Assembly: GCA_017626815.1 (NCBI GenBank) | Contig: JAGAHY010000187.1 | Span: forward strand, 1-61,328 | DNA length: 61,328 nucleotides | Reading direction: 5' to 3' | DNA from: Bacilli bacterium | GTDB lineage: Bacteria; Bacillota_I; Bacilli_A; RFN20; CAG-826 | Part shown: one piece after another, positions 9,291 through 19,264 of the stretch | Layout: each line of letters begins with the position of its first letter | Position numbering within the stretch: the first letter of the stretch is position 1 | Position numbers and translations under genes: made by a program | Notes under the pieces: model-generated | What the model was told of the DNA's origin: nothing | What the model saw: only the letters and a program-made list of their open reading frames with translations | The model's database searches: none

Positions 9291-10078
9291 TCGTTTTTGT
9301 GTTTTAACTTGTATTCGAGGAACCTTAAGTCAAAGTCCACGACGAAGGAAGTTCGCATCGGCCGGCTTAGTTCCACATAGCCAACTAGGCCTGTGGGCTT
9401 AAGGATTTCATAAGCGGTATCGAAGGCATTCTTTTCGGGCGTTTGGCCAGGGACGTCAATCTGGTTGGGTGAGCCGATGATGACCATCTTGCACATATTG
9501 CCGATACGGGTGACCATGGTCTGAAGCTCGTCTAGGTCCATGTTCTGGGCTTCATCCAACATGATGATGCAGTCATCGAAGGAACGGCCCCTCATGAATT
9601 CCGGCGCGAGGGGGATGATGTCGCTTGGAAGCTTTTCATAGTAGGAGGACTCGTAGAGCTCGTCGTCCATGTCCTTGTCCTTCTTCATCATCTTCCGCTT
9701 CATCAATTTATAAGAAGCGAGTTGCTCTTCTTGTCCCGCATGGGCCATGAGGTGTTCATAGTTGTCCATCAAGGGGCCAATATAAGGGCCATATTTTTCT
9801 GCCGCGGTGCCTTTGAGGTAACCAAGGCGATGCCCGATTTCCACGGGTTCGCGGACATAGAAAAGGCTGCGGTAACGTTTCTTAGAGCCTTTGCCACGAA
9901 CGAGATTCAAACACGCGGCTAGGGTCGCGAAAGTTTTGCCTGTGCCGGCGGAGCCTTTGCAAAAGACGACCGGGGTGCGTTCGGGGTCATCGTTGATTAA
10001 GCGGATTAGTTCGCGTTGTTCTGGGTTTTGGGTGAAATCAATTCCGAATAAATGGTAGTTCGAAGTGCTTGGTGCCAT
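9281..10078 (-). CDS. PhoH-family ATPase
   Basis: 265 aa. Walker A GSAGTGKTF, Walker B IIMLDEAQN, and a GSPNQID motif. Confidence 0.8.
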   Translation of the reverse strand: MAPSTSNYHLFGIDFTQNPEQRELIRLINDDPERTPVVFCKGSAGTGKTFATLAACLNLVRGKGSKKRYRSLFYVREPVEIGHRLGYLKGTAAEKYGPYIGPLMDNYEHLMAHAGQEEQLASYKLMKRKMMKKDKDMDDELYESSYYEKLPSDIIPLAPEFMRGRSFDDCIIMLDEAQNMDLDELQTMVTRIGNMCKMVIIGSPNQIDVPGQTPEKNAFDTAYEILKPTGLVGYVELSRPMRTSFVVDFDLRFLEYKLKHKNDKK

Positions 10079-10123
10079 AGATTAGAGATATTATTCAACG
10101 AATAAAACGAGAAATCGATAACT

Positions 10124-10924
10124 TTAACGGGTTTTTGCCGCGAGAATTAGGTTTTTGACTAATGCTAGTCGAGTCAATAAGCCCACGCCGCCAGGGACGG
10201 GAGTTTGAATCGCGACCGGTAAATCGGGAATGGCGTCGCCACGAAGTTTGCCTTCTTCATTACGGTTGATGCCGACATCGACGATGACTGCATCTTTCTT
10301 ATATTGGAAACGGTTGTCCAAGAAACCCAGGCGGCCAATGGCGACGACGATTAAATCGGCATGGGCGATATAGAAGGCTTTATCTTCTTCCGTGGTCTTC
10401 GAATGGAGGACCGTGACGTTGCAGTTTTTGGAGAGCAAAAGTTTGGCCATCGGCTTACCGACGATTTCGCTGCGGCCAAGGACGACGGCGTTCTTGCCCT
10501 GGAAAGCAAATCCTTCTGCGGTTAAATAATCGACGATGCCTTTAGGGGTGCAGGGAATAAATTTGGTCAGAGGGTGGAAACCATCCACATCTTTAGCGGG
10601 GTTGACCGCCAATTTGACCTTAGCCTCGGAAATATGATCTGGAAGGGGGAGCTGAACGATAAGGCCGTCAACTTCGGGATCGTTATTATATTCGGCGACT
10701 TTCTCTAACAAGTATTCCTCACTTGTGTCCGGAGGCAATAGACAAAGCGTGGCTAAGGCACCGACTTCATCGCAATCTTTAATTTTGCCACGGACATAAG
10801 CGTGGGAGGCAGGGTTGTCATTGGCCTGGATAATGACAAGATGAGGTGCGCGCTTCAAGGAGCCGACCTCTTGAGAAAGGGCTACTTTCTCTTGCGCAAC
10901 AAATTCTTTAATAGTCATGCCCAT
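10124..10924 (-). CDS. folD: Bifunctional methylenetetrahydrofolate dehydrogenase/cyclohydrolase
   Basis: Motifs HAYVRGK, DVDGFHP, GRSEIVGKP and PGGVG. The start is uncertain between the ATGs at 10924 and 10918. Confidence 0.9.
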   Translation of the reverse strand: MGMTIKEFVAQEKVALSQEVGSLKRAPHLVIIQANDNPASHAYVRGKIKDCDEVGALATLCLLPPDTSEEYLLEKVAEYNNDPEVDGLIVQLPLPDHISEAKVKLAVNPAKDVDGFHPLTKFIPCTPKGIVDYLTAEGFAFQGKNAVVLGRSEIVGKPMAKLLLSKNCNVTVLHSKTTEEDKAFYIAHADLIVVAIGRLGFLDNRFQYKKDAVIVDVGINRNEEGKLRGDAIPDLPVAIQTPVPGGVGLLTRLALVKNLILAAKTR

Positions 10925-10997
10925 GATGTTACCACTTCTAGCGTATTTGAGTAGGAGAAAAGTCGTTGATGCGCGCGCATCCTCTGCGAACGAAGCA

Positions 10998-11020
10998 ACA
11001 AAAAACGACCCGAGGGCCGC
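10998..11020 (-). terminator. Candidate intrinsic terminator after secG
   Basis: The minus strand reads CGGCC-CUCG-GGUCG followed by TTTTTTG. Confidence 0.45.
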
Positions 11021-11041
11021 ATTTCGTCATGGTCTTGTCTT

Positions 11042-11293
11042 TTATTCGGCGGGAGTACTTCCGTTACCTGCGAGGACAGAGATTATCAACGCGAGGAAGA
11101 GGAAGAGGACCGCGAAGCCGAAAGTCAACCACGTGACCACCTTTTCAGAGCCACGTTCCTTCGTTTTCGCGAAGACGTTCAAGCCGCCGCCGGTAATCGC
11201 ACCAGAAGCGCCGCCAGTTTTACCGCCTTGAAGCAAAGAAAGAATGATGATTACAAGCGAAACGATGATGAAGATGATGTCATACCATTTCAT
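11042..11293 (-). CDS. secG: Preprotein translocase subunit SecG
   Basis: ORF track gives 11042..11338. I moved the start to the ATG at 11293 (MKWYDIIFIIVS), preceded by AAAGGAG. Two TM helices flank a G-rich loop, LLQGGKTGGASGAITGGG. Confidence 0.8.
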   Translation of the reverse strand: MKWYDIIFIIVSLVIIILSLLQGGKTGGASGAITGGGLNVFAKTKERGSEKVVTWLTFGFAVLFLFLALIISVLAGNGSTPAE

Positions 11294-11606
11294 AGTCAAT
11301 CTCCTTTCACGCCTATGCGCCCAATAACGATACTCCAATGCCGCGCCTTTCGCAACAACGCGATTTTAGCAAAATGGAGTGCGGTTCTACTCACCCATAA
11401 GCAAATAGTCCCGGCGGAATTAATGAATACCTTCCGTTGGAGATACTTGTGGCATATCTGCATTTGGCTTTTTCGGCGCGAAAATACGTTCGCGATAAGC
11501 CAGCAATTCGACATACCCGACCAAGAAAAATGGAATAAGAAGATGTGGAATTGGATGGCAGAGCGCACGATGGGCGGGCAAGTGATAAACACGCCAAAAA
11601 GCGTCC

Positions 11607-11810
11607 TTATGGTAAGCAAGGCAAGCATTTCATGCACCGCTCCCCTGCCCGTAGCAAGAACGATATGGGAAGCAGCGGAATGACAAAGATGAGCATTAAA
11701 CCGAACCCAGCGGCCGCATTAATCGATCCCGAAAAGAAACCGAACATGAAGGCAGCAACACCCAAGACGAGCAGGGTGGAATAAAGAATTATCACAATTT
11801 TCTTCACCAT
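11607..11810 (-). CDS. Small hypothetical membrane protein, possibly the 5' part of a frameshifted gene
   Basis: MVKKIVIILYSTLLVLGVAAFMFGFF... has two hydrophobic helices and GAGGAG upstream. Hydrophobic reading frames continue in other frames down to about 11420. Confidence 0.3.
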   Translation of the reverse strand: MVKKIVIILYSTLLVLGVAAFMFGFFSGSINAAAGFGLMLIFVIPLLPISFLLRAGERCMKCLPCLP

Positions 11811-12054
11811 TGTGCTCCTCAAAAATGGTAAATTCTCCGCAATTTCCCGCTATTTTTCCATCGCGCATGCTTTAATCACCCAAGAGAACCATGGCAAATG
11901 GCATGATTACGATAGCCATTTCCTCCATATCAATACGGTATTATGGACCGCTTCAAAAAGACAACGGGGCCATAATGCATTCAACATTCGCCATAGGTTA
12001 TCCGCAATTGCATGAGTATCTCTCCCTTTGTCTTTTTGTCACCCTTGTTTTAGC

Positions 12055-12615
12055 ATGGAAAATAATATGAAGGGCAAAGAGGCGGAATCCTTTTACAAGA
12101 AAGCCGTTCAATCCGGGGACGATGCAGCCATTCGTCGCGCGGGCGATCTGCTCTACGACGCTTACTTTAGGCTTGTCTTTTCTGTCGCGTTCAATGTCCT
12201 GCAGCAAAAAGAAGACGCTGAGGACACTGCGTCAGAGGCATTCACTAATTTCTTTCTTGAACCTCATCGTTGTCTCGAGATCAATAACATCAAATATTAC
12301 CTAATCAACTCCGCGCGCTTTGGGGCGTATAAGCTGCTGAAAAAGAGACAAGTCTTGCCCGACGATGTGGACGTGGAATCCATCACGGACTTAGACCCCT
12401 ACTTCGGGTATAGCGATTCCTATGAGCAATTGCCAGAATTCACCGAATTGAATCAGGAAGAACGCGCTATTGTCGCCATGCACGTCTTCTACGACTTCTC
12501 CTTTCGAGAAATCGCAGGAGAACTAGGGGAAACCACCCATTCTATTTCGGGGAAGTACCGACGCGCAAAGCAGAAACTTAAAGCATTTTATAAAAAGGAG
12601 GGCATCCGTCTATGA
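12055..12615 (+). CDS. Sigma-70 family (ECF-like) RNA polymerase sigma factor
   Basis: Region 2-like (DAEDTASEAFTNFF) and region 4 HTH (FSFREIAGELGETTHSISGKYRRAKQKL). The track start at 12028 is TTG, so I chose the ATG at 12055. The start remains uncertain. Confidence 0.7.
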   Translation: MENNMKGKEAESFYKKAVQSGDDAAIRRAGDLLYDAYFRLVFSVAFNVLQQKEDAEDTASEAFTNFFLEPHRCLEINNIKYYLINSARFGAYKLLKKRQVLPDDVDVESITDLDPYFGYSDSYEQLPEFTELNQEERAIVAMHVFYDFSFREIAGELGETTHSISGKYRRAKQKLKAFYKKEGIRL

Positions 12616-13232
12616 GATTCGAAAAGAAACTAAAACGCCGATATGATGCGACTCTGCCCATCCATCATGTGGAAAACCAACGTGCTTCGTCACACGATGT
12701 TCCGCCAAGAAGGCGTGGGCTTCGCGCCGCTATCGCTATCTCGAGCATCCTCGTCGCTTTTGCCGCGCTCACCCCGGCCATTTATTTCGCTAAGATTGGC
12801 TCAGGAGGGCAACTCCAATCATCCATTGCCTCAGGAGCGCAACTCCAATCATCCGTTGCGCCACCACCTCTGTCCGAGGATTATTCCGGCATATATTCAT
12901 TCAAAAGCGAGCTTTGTCATAATCAAACCTTATCTTTAGAAGGCTCTTCACTTTCGCTTAGCAAAGACTTTGAAGCCTCGGCGTCCAATATGGGGGCGAT
13001 TCACGCGGTTATCACCCAGACGGATTATCAGCTTTCCTTTATCGGATCGTACCTGTCTTCTTGCACATTCGTCGAGTCCAACGATTCTTATGTTTTTTCG
13101 TTTGAAGGCCATTCTTACCGATTGTATTTTGAGTTCGGTCAGAGCCAAACCAATAACGTAATACATTTGCACATACGTGGTATGTGGGACGAATCAGAGT
13201 TGATCCGCGCTTGGTTTTATCGCCCTTTGTAG
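12612..13232 (+). CDS. Single-pass membrane protein, putative anti-sigma factor
   Basis: ATGA overlap with the sigma gene. It has a basic N-terminus and one TM helix (LRAAIAISSILVAFAALTPAIYFA) followed by an extracytoplasmic domain. Confidence 0.5.
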   Translation: MRFEKKLKRRYDATLPIHHVENQRASSHDVPPRRRGLRAAIAISSILVAFAALTPAIYFAKIGSGGQLQSSIASGAQLQSSVAPPPLSEDYSGIYSFKSELCHNQTLSLEGSSLSLSKDFEASASNMGAIHAVITQTDYQLSFIGSYLSSCTFVESNDSYVFSFEGHSYRLYFEFGQSQTNNVIHLHIRGMWDESELIRAWFYRPL

Positions 13233-13299
13233 TATTTTCTGAAATATTTTCCGACAAAAATGGGTCACTTTGCGCTCTTATTAAGTAGGAGGGAAAGAA

Positions 13300-13827
13300 A
13301 TGAAACCGAAAATATTCCTTTTATTCGCGGCGCTGACTCTCGTTTCTTGCGGTGCCGCAAAAGGGGCACAGTCCCAAAAAGCGCTCACGTCCAAAACAGG
13401 TGATTATCAATCCGAAGCGCTGCCTCCGTCGTTGCAAGACGCCCTAGGTCTTAAACGAATCAAGGCACACATTGGGAAAACCGAAGAAGCCGGTTGGACT
13501 CAAGTCTATCACGCTGGCATTAGTACAATTGTAGAAAATCAGTGTGTATACTTCAGCGCGGAACAATTCACATCAATTTCGTATGACATAATAGCAGCCG
13601 AAACGGCCTTCTTACGTCTTAACGAATGCATCTTTTTAGCCAAATATAGTTTTCTCGTGCCTTACGAGTACGTTCCTAATCTCGAAGAAGGAAATAAAGT
13701 ATTCAAATTGAAACTGCGGCAAATTGAAAATGAGTCGGAGGTTGTATATTTCTCGTCTTATCAAACGGTGCACGATACTTCTGGGCCATTTGAAGAAATT
13801 GTTTTCCATTATGAGGACGCAAATTAA
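13300..13827 (+). CDS. Lipoprotein, unknown function
   Basis: Signal peptide with lipobox LTLVSC. SD AGGAGGG lies upstream. Confidence 0.65.
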   Translation: MKPKIFLLFAALTLVSCGAAKGAQSQKALTSKTGDYQSEALPPSLQDALGLKRIKAHIGKTEEAGWTQVYHAGISTIVENQCVYFSAEQFTSISYDIIAAETAFLRLNECIFLAKYSFLVPYEYVPNLEEGNKVFKLKLRQIENESEVVYFSSYQTVHDTSGPFEEIVFHYEDAN

Positions 13828-13884
13828 GCGAGGCTGCTTTTAATTAAGGCAGGTTTTTATACTTAGAAAAAAGGGGGCATGAAA

Positions 13885-14562
13885 ATGAAAAGAATCGTCC
13901 TATTTACCTTAATTTCTTTCTTCCTCATCTCCTGCGGAGGCGCCCCATCTTCCGCAACGTCCAGCGAGCCGTCGCTTAGCGAACCCTCGTCCAGCAGGTC
14001 GAGCGCCACGAGCGAGTACTCCCGCTTTGTTTACGGCTATATCGACAGCGTAGTTCCGGTCGCGGACGCCTGCGCCGGCGCCGAATACCTCGCCGCGCAC
14101 CCAGCCAAAAAACCGAAATTCTCCGCCGTCACGTCGGAGGGCGTGACCACGATAAGCGCGCCGATCCCGGAGTCGCTGGTGGGAGCGAGCGACATGGAGT
14201 ACAGGATCTATTTCTCTGAAGGGAACTTCTTGCATGGTGAAATCGTGAAATACTACCCGTCGGACATCGTCATCGTCGTCCCGACGCGCTACTATTTCCA
14301 CTTCAACTTCACGTACCAGCTTCCGTTGAATAATTATAAAGATTATGAATACTTCTTTATTGGCTATCCCGTTTTTTCCTACATGAGGTACAGCGGCAAT
14401 CTGCCGAACAAGGAAGAGGTGTTTTACATCGTGGAGAACATCGTTTACGAAGATATCTGTAAGCCCCTTCGGGAGGCGTTGCTGACGCTGGGGCTTTGCA
14501 AACATAACGATAGCTACGTTAAAGCATGGCCGGCTGAATCGGCAACATCCGAATCTAAATAA
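13885..14562 (+). CDS. Lipoprotein, unknown function, with an S-rich linker
   Basis: Lipobox FLISCGG. I preferred the second ATG (13885) because of its spacing to AAGGGGG. The track start is 13879. Confidence 0.65.
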   Translation: MKRIVLFTLISFFLISCGGAPSSATSSEPSLSEPSSSRSSATSEYSRFVYGYIDSVVPVADACAGAEYLAAHPAKKPKFSAVTSEGVTTISAPIPESLVGASDMEYRIYFSEGNFLHGEIVKYYPSDIVIVVPTRYYFHFNFTYQLPLNNYKDYEYFFIGYPVFSYMRYSGNLPNKEEVFYIVENIVYEDICKPLREALLTLGLCKHNDSYVKAWPAESATSESK

Positions 14563-14589
14563 GCAAAGCGGTCGCGTGGCCGCTATTCA

Positions 14590-15210
14590 CTAGTCCAATA
14601 ATCCCCAAAGATTTTGGAAACGCAGCCCGGTGTAATCGGGGTGAACGTTTTCGCGATCGATCAGGACCCCGCCGATGCCTGCATTAAGTCCGCATTCGGG
14701 ATCTTGCAAAGAGTCGCCGACATAACAGATATGCCCATCCGCTTTCTCACCGAGAATGTCTAGCGCAGTCAAGATGGGTTCAGGATGAGGCTTTCCATTT
14801 TTAAACATATCCGACCCGACAATACAATCGAAGGGTAAATCAATATTCAGCGTCTTCAAAACTAACTTGATGTGCGACGAACCATTGTTGGAGACAATGC
14901 CGATACGCTTTCCTTGCGCGACAAGCTTTTTTAAGACTTCCACGGTATCGGGGAACACTTTGATCATCGCGATGGACTCAGGCATGTCTAGCGCGTCGAT
15001 GATGCCTTGAACAACTATGGGATAATCCGATTCGGGGATGCCGCTATCGACGAGCGATTGCATGAGGTTTAGATGCATCCACTTCTCGCTTTCCTCTGGC
15101 GTGACATGGCGGTCAACTTTCTCAAAGCCCGCGCGAAATACGGGCACTAAAGACTCCCTGGTATCACAGAGCGTACCATCAAAATCAAACAAATAAGTCG
15201 AGAATTGCAT
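14590..15210 (-). CDS. HAD-superfamily hydrolase (phosphoglycolate phosphatase-like)
   Basis: Motif I FDFDGTL, motif IV GDSLQD. Confidence 0.8.
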   Translation of the reverse strand: MQFSTYLFDFDGTLCDTRESLVPVFRAGFEKVDRHVTPEESEKWMHLNLMQSLVDSGIPESDYPIVVQGIIDALDMPESIAMIKVFPDTVEVLKKLVAQGKRIGIVSNNGSSHIKLVLKTLNIDLPFDCIVGSDMFKNGKPHPEPILTALDILGEKADGHICYVGDSLQDPECGLNAGIGGVLIDRENVHPDYTGLRFQNLWGLLD

Positions 15211-15211
15211 A

Positions 15212-17191
15212 TTAATTGTCCAGTTCTGCCTTTAATTCAAACATAATGTCACGGAGTTTAGCCGCGCGTTCAAAGTCGTATTCTTTGGCTGCGGCTTTCA
15301 TTTGCTTCTCCGTATCCGCGATGAGGCGTTGCAACTCGCTGCGGCTCTTCTTCGACGCATCTTTAATGATGGCCGCGGATTCATCTTCGCTATTGTGTAG
15401 CGGTGGGCGGATCTCTTTCTTGATGGTCATCGGGATGATGCCATATTCTTCGTTATAAGCCATCTGCTTCTCACGACGTCTCTTGGTCTCGTTAATGGCT
15501 TCTAACATAGAATCGCTATAGGTATCCGCGTACATAATGACACGGCCATTCGCGTTACGGGCCGCGCGGCCGATAACCTGAATCAAAGAACGGGTGGAAC
15601 GCAAGAAGCCTTCCTTATCCGCATCAAAGATGGCGATGAGGGAAACTTCGGGGATATCCAAACCCTCACGGAGCAAGTTGATGCCGACGAGGACATCGTA
15701 TTTGCCTTTGCGTAATTGATAGATGATCTCAGTACGTTCCAGGGTTTTGGTTTCATTATGAAGATAGGTGACCTTAAGCCCCTCATCCTTAAGGTAAGAA
15801 GTGAGGTCTTCGGCCATCTTGATGGTCGAGGTCACGACCATCGTACGTTCGCCCTTTTCGATGCGTTTCTTAATCTCGCTGATTAAATCGAAGACTTGGC
15901 CCATAGTGGGTCGAACTTCGATGACGGGATCAAGCAAACCGGTAGGACGGATGATTTGTTCCACCACTTCGCCACCGCATTTCTCTAACTCGTAGTCGCC
16001 AGGAGTCGCGGAGGTACAGACGACGCTTCCAGGCATCAGTTCCTCAAATTCTTGGAAATTTAAGGGTCGATTATCTAAGGCACTAGGGAGGCGGAACCCG
16101 TATTCCACTAACGTTTCCTTACGGGAACGGTCACCATTGTACATACCACGGATCTGTGGGATGGTGACGTGGGATTCATCCAAAAGCAAAAGGAAATCAT
16201 CGGGCATATAATCGATGAGGGAATAAGGCCTTTGTCCAGGTTTACGTCCATCGATGTGACGGGAATAGTTTTCAATACCCGGGCAGCGCCCAAATTCGCG
16301 CATGGATTCCATGTCTTGGCGCGTACGCATCTCAAGACGTTCCGCTTCCAGTAGTTTCCCTTCAGCCCGGAAATAGGCCAAACGTTCCTCAAGTTCTTCC
16401 CCAATCGTCTTGCAAGCCGCTTCGATGCGGGCCCTGGTGGAGGCGTGATCATAGGCGGGGAAAATTGGATAGGTAGCAAAGGTCCTTTCCACCGTACCCG
16501 TAATGGAATTCACCTGAGCGATAGATTCCACTTCGTCGCCGAATAAGTCGATCCGGATATAGAAATCATGGGTCGCAGGGGCGATATCGATGATGTCGCC
16601 ATGAACGCGGAAAGTGCCTGGCTTTAAATCGATATTGTTTCTCGTGTATTGGGCATCTAAAAGATGTTGATAAAGCTGTTTACGGTTAAGTTCCTCACCA
16701 ACCCGGATTTCAAAGATGAGTCCTTTGTATTCGTTGGGGTCGGACAAGCCATAAATGGCCGCCACGGAAGCGACGACGATGGTATCTCTACGGGAAAGGA
16801 TCGAGTTCATGGCCGCGGTGCGCATCATGTCGATTTCCTCGTTCATGACCGCGTTTTTATCAATATAGGTATCCGACTTAGGCAAATAGGCCTCGGGCTG
16901 GTAGAAATCGAAGTTGGAGATAAAATACTCGACACGGTTTTCGGGGAAGAGTTCTTTAAACTCCCCATAAAGTTGTGCGGCCAAGGTCTTGTTATGGACC
17001 ATGACTAAGGTTGGCCGGTTAAGCGCGGCCACGATATTCGCGTCTGTAAAGGTCTTGCCTGTGCCTGTCGCGCCTTTAATGACTTGAATCTTTTTGCCTT
17101 CCTCCACGCCTTTTAAAATCGCGGAGATGGCCGCGGGTTGATCGCCTGTCGGGCTAAAGGGGGAAACAAGCTTAAAAACGTGATTATCCAT
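15212..17191 (-). CDS. uvrB: Excinuclease ABC subunit B
   Basis: ORF track gives 15212..17239. I moved the start to the ATG at 17191 (MDNHVFKLVSPFSPTGDQ). Walker A GATGTGKTF, plus helicase motifs and a C-terminal UVR domain. Confidence 0.95.
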   Translation of the reverse strand: MDNHVFKLVSPFSPTGDQPAAISAILKGVEEGKKIQVIKGATGTGKTFTDANIVAALNRPTLVMVHNKTLAAQLYGEFKELFPENRVEYFISNFDFYQPEAYLPKSDTYIDKNAVMNEEIDMMRTAAMNSILSRRDTIVVASVAAIYGLSDPNEYKGLIFEIRVGEELNRKQLYQHLLDAQYTRNNIDLKPGTFRVHGDIIDIAPATHDFYIRIDLFGDEVESIAQVNSITGTVERTFATYPIFPAYDHASTRARIEAACKTIGEELEERLAYFRAEGKLLEAERLEMRTRQDMESMREFGRCPGIENYSRHIDGRKPGQRPYSLIDYMPDDFLLLLDESHVTIPQIRGMYNGDRSRKETLVEYGFRLPSALDNRPLNFQEFEELMPGSVVCTSATPGDYELEKCGGEVVEQIIRPTGLLDPVIEVRPTMGQVFDLISEIKKRIEKGERTMVVTSTIKMAEDLTSYLKDEGLKVTYLHNETKTLERTEIIYQLRKGKYDVLVGINLLREGLDIPEVSLIAIFDADKEGFLRSTRSLIQVIGRAARNANGRVIMYADTYSDSMLEAINETKRRREKQMAYNEEYGIIPMTIKKEIRPPLHNSEDESAAIIKDASKKSRSELQRLIADTEKQMKAAAKEYDFERAAKLRDIMFELKAELDN

Positions 17192-17192
17192 G

Positions 17193-18161
17193 CTATTCAC
17201 CCTTCTTTTTATCGAAATTGGTACGGACGAGCGGATCAAAGCCCTCTCCGTTAATCATGGATGCTTGGGTAAAGGTGACGAATGCTTTGGGATCGGTTTG
17301 GCCAATGAAAGCACGGAAAGGTAAGAGCTCGCGCTTGGAGAAAGCCACGCGAAGAATCTTCTTGCCTTCTTTGGAATAGCCACCGGTGACATCAATGACG
17401 GTTGTCGAGCGGTCCATTTGATTATGAACGTAATCCTGGATGACTTCCCACTTCTCGGAGATGATGTCGGCGATGACAAAGCTTTGGGTATTCACGTAGA
17501 GGACTTGCACGGTCATCGCGCAGACTAAGGCCCCTAAGACACCGACTAGGCCATTACGGATGTCGCGCATGACAATCATGCCGGCAATAACCAAAGTGCC
17601 GTCGAAGATAAAAGCACTAACGCCTTCTTTGATGGGCGTCTTCCTCGCCAAGATGGCTGAGATAACATCCAAACCACCCGTAGAACCACCGGCATGATAG
17701 CAAACGCCAACGCCCGCGCCGATAAAGGCACCGCCAGCAATGCCTGCCAATGTGCGCAATCCCCAATCGGTATCCTCGGTGAGGAAGAACGAAGCCAGGT
17801 GATTACCGATGCTCACGCCGTTGATCAATGGGACACGGATAAAGAACGTGAACAAGGCAGGATATAAGAGGGTCGCGAAGATGGTACGTAACGTAAACTT
17901 CTTGCCCAAAAAGAGGAAACTGACGATCAACATCAAAATCTGGATAATCCAGGTCACGATATCGACGACATAAAAGTCAGAGCCCGCAAGGGTTACAAAA
18001 TGCTGAGTGATAACACCGATGGAAAGCACGCCACCAGTGACCAGATTTAATGGCGAAATAAAGGCGGCATCCCCAAAAGCAAGCAAGGCGCAGCCAAGAA
18101 CGAGGATGCTATATTTTTTCAAAAGCGAGAGGAATTTGCTGCAATTTTTATTATTTTGCAT
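17193..18161 (-). CDS. YitT-family membrane protein (DUF2179 C-terminal domain)
   Basis: 322 aa with five to six TM helices and a soluble C-terminal domain. The architecture is typical of YitT. Confidence 0.7.
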   Translation of the reverse strand: MQNNKNCSKFLSLLKKYSILVLGCALLAFGDAAFISPLNLVTGGVLSIGVITQHFVTLAGSDFYVVDIVTWIIQILMLIVSFLFLGKKFTLRTIFATLLYPALFTFFIRVPLINGVSIGNHLASFFLTEDTDWGLRTLAGIAGGAFIGAGVGVCYHAGGSTGGLDVISAILARKTPIKEGVSAFIFDGTLVIAGMIVMRDIRNGLVGVLGALVCAMTVQVLYVNTQSFVIADIISEKWEVIQDYVHNQMDRSTTVIDVTGGYSKEGKKILRVAFSKRELLPFRAFIGQTDPKAFVTFTQASMINGEGFDPLVRTNFDKKKGE

Positions 18162-19264
18162 TGTTTCTCGCCTCTAATTCCAAATACGAGAAGATAAACG
18201 GAAGGATGTCGCCATCCATGACGCCGTTTACATCGCCGGTTTGATAATCGGTACGATGATCTTTGACCATCGTGTAAGGCTGGAAAACATAGCTGCGGAT
18301 CTGAGAGCCCCATTCAATACTCTTTTGTTCGCCTTGAATAGATTTAAGTTCGCGTTCGCGCTCCTCTAATTTGCGCTGCATCAATAAGTCGGTAAGCATC
18401 GACATACAGTTCGCCTTATTCATGAGCTGAGAACGCTCGACTTGGCACTGGACGACAATACCCGTCGGCAAGTGGGTGATACGCACGGCCGAAGAAACCT
18501 TGTTGACGTTTTGTCCGCCGGCGCCACCACTACGATAGGTATCGACGCGGAGGTCCTTAGGATCGATTTCGATGTCGCTTATAGCGCCGAATTCGGGAAT
18601 GACGTTAACCGAGGCGAAACTGGTGTGACGTCTAGCGGCCGCATCGAAAGGCGAAATACGCACGAGGCGGTGCACGCCCTTCTCGCTCTTTAAATGGCCA
18701 TAGGCGTCCTGACCGGTGATTTTCAGCGTGATGGACTTAATGCCAGCCTCATCGCCTTCTTCCATATCGAGGACTTGATATTTGAAACCATTTCTCTCGC
18801 AAAAGCGCCCATACATACGGGAAAGCATCTGCGCCCAGTCGTGGGCTTCGGTGCCGCCTGCGCCAGCATGGACTTCAAGTGTGCAGTTCAAGGCGTCATA
18901 GTCGCCCGAGAAAAGCAGCTTATGACGAAGTTCTTCGCAATCTTTGCCGAGATCTTCTTCCATCGAGTAGATGAGTTCGAGCATCTCCTCGTCTTTGTCG
19001 GAAGCGCCATCGAGGAGTTCCTTGATGTCGTTGTAAGTATTTTGGGACGTCTGGAAGGCGTTGCGCTTGCCCGTGAGGGCGGCGTAGCGCGCCATGACGA
19101 CTTTGGCGGAATTGGGGTCATCCCAGAATCCATCCTGATTTTGTTTGGCCTCTAGTTCAGCGACCTCTGCGTCAATCTTAGGTAAGTCAAAGAGAGTCAC
19201 CGAGCTGCGAGACAAGACGGCCTAATTCAACGGCCTTCTGTTTTAATTCGACGAGCTCTTTCAT
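18151..19264 (-). CDS. prfB: Peptide chain release factor 2, requires a programmed +1 frameshift
   Basis: Frame 0 reads [25 protein letters not shown] then TGA. The site CTT TGA C shifts into the 354-aa track ORF. SPF motif ([15 protein letters not shown]) and GGQ motif ([10 protein letters not shown]) are present. The ATG overlaps the secA stop as TAATG. Confidence 0.9.
19186..19192 (-). promoter_or_regulatory. prfB: prfB +1 frameshift site CTTTGAC
   Basis: The canonical CUU UGA C slippery/stop context, with an upstream GGTGA that can pair with the 16S 3' tail. Confidence 0.85.

Noticed and set aside
12801-12860. 30-bp tandem duplication inside the anti-sigma candidate (SGGQLQSSIA / SGAQLQSSVA)
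   Set aside because: The duplication is real, but it is in-frame and lies in a linker. It is most simply a slippage duplication with no separate function.
13909-14505. 198-aa minus-strand ORF opposite the second lipoprotein gene
   Set aside because: It is an Arg/Gly-rich antisense shadow with no signals. The plus-strand ORF has a lipobox and an SD.
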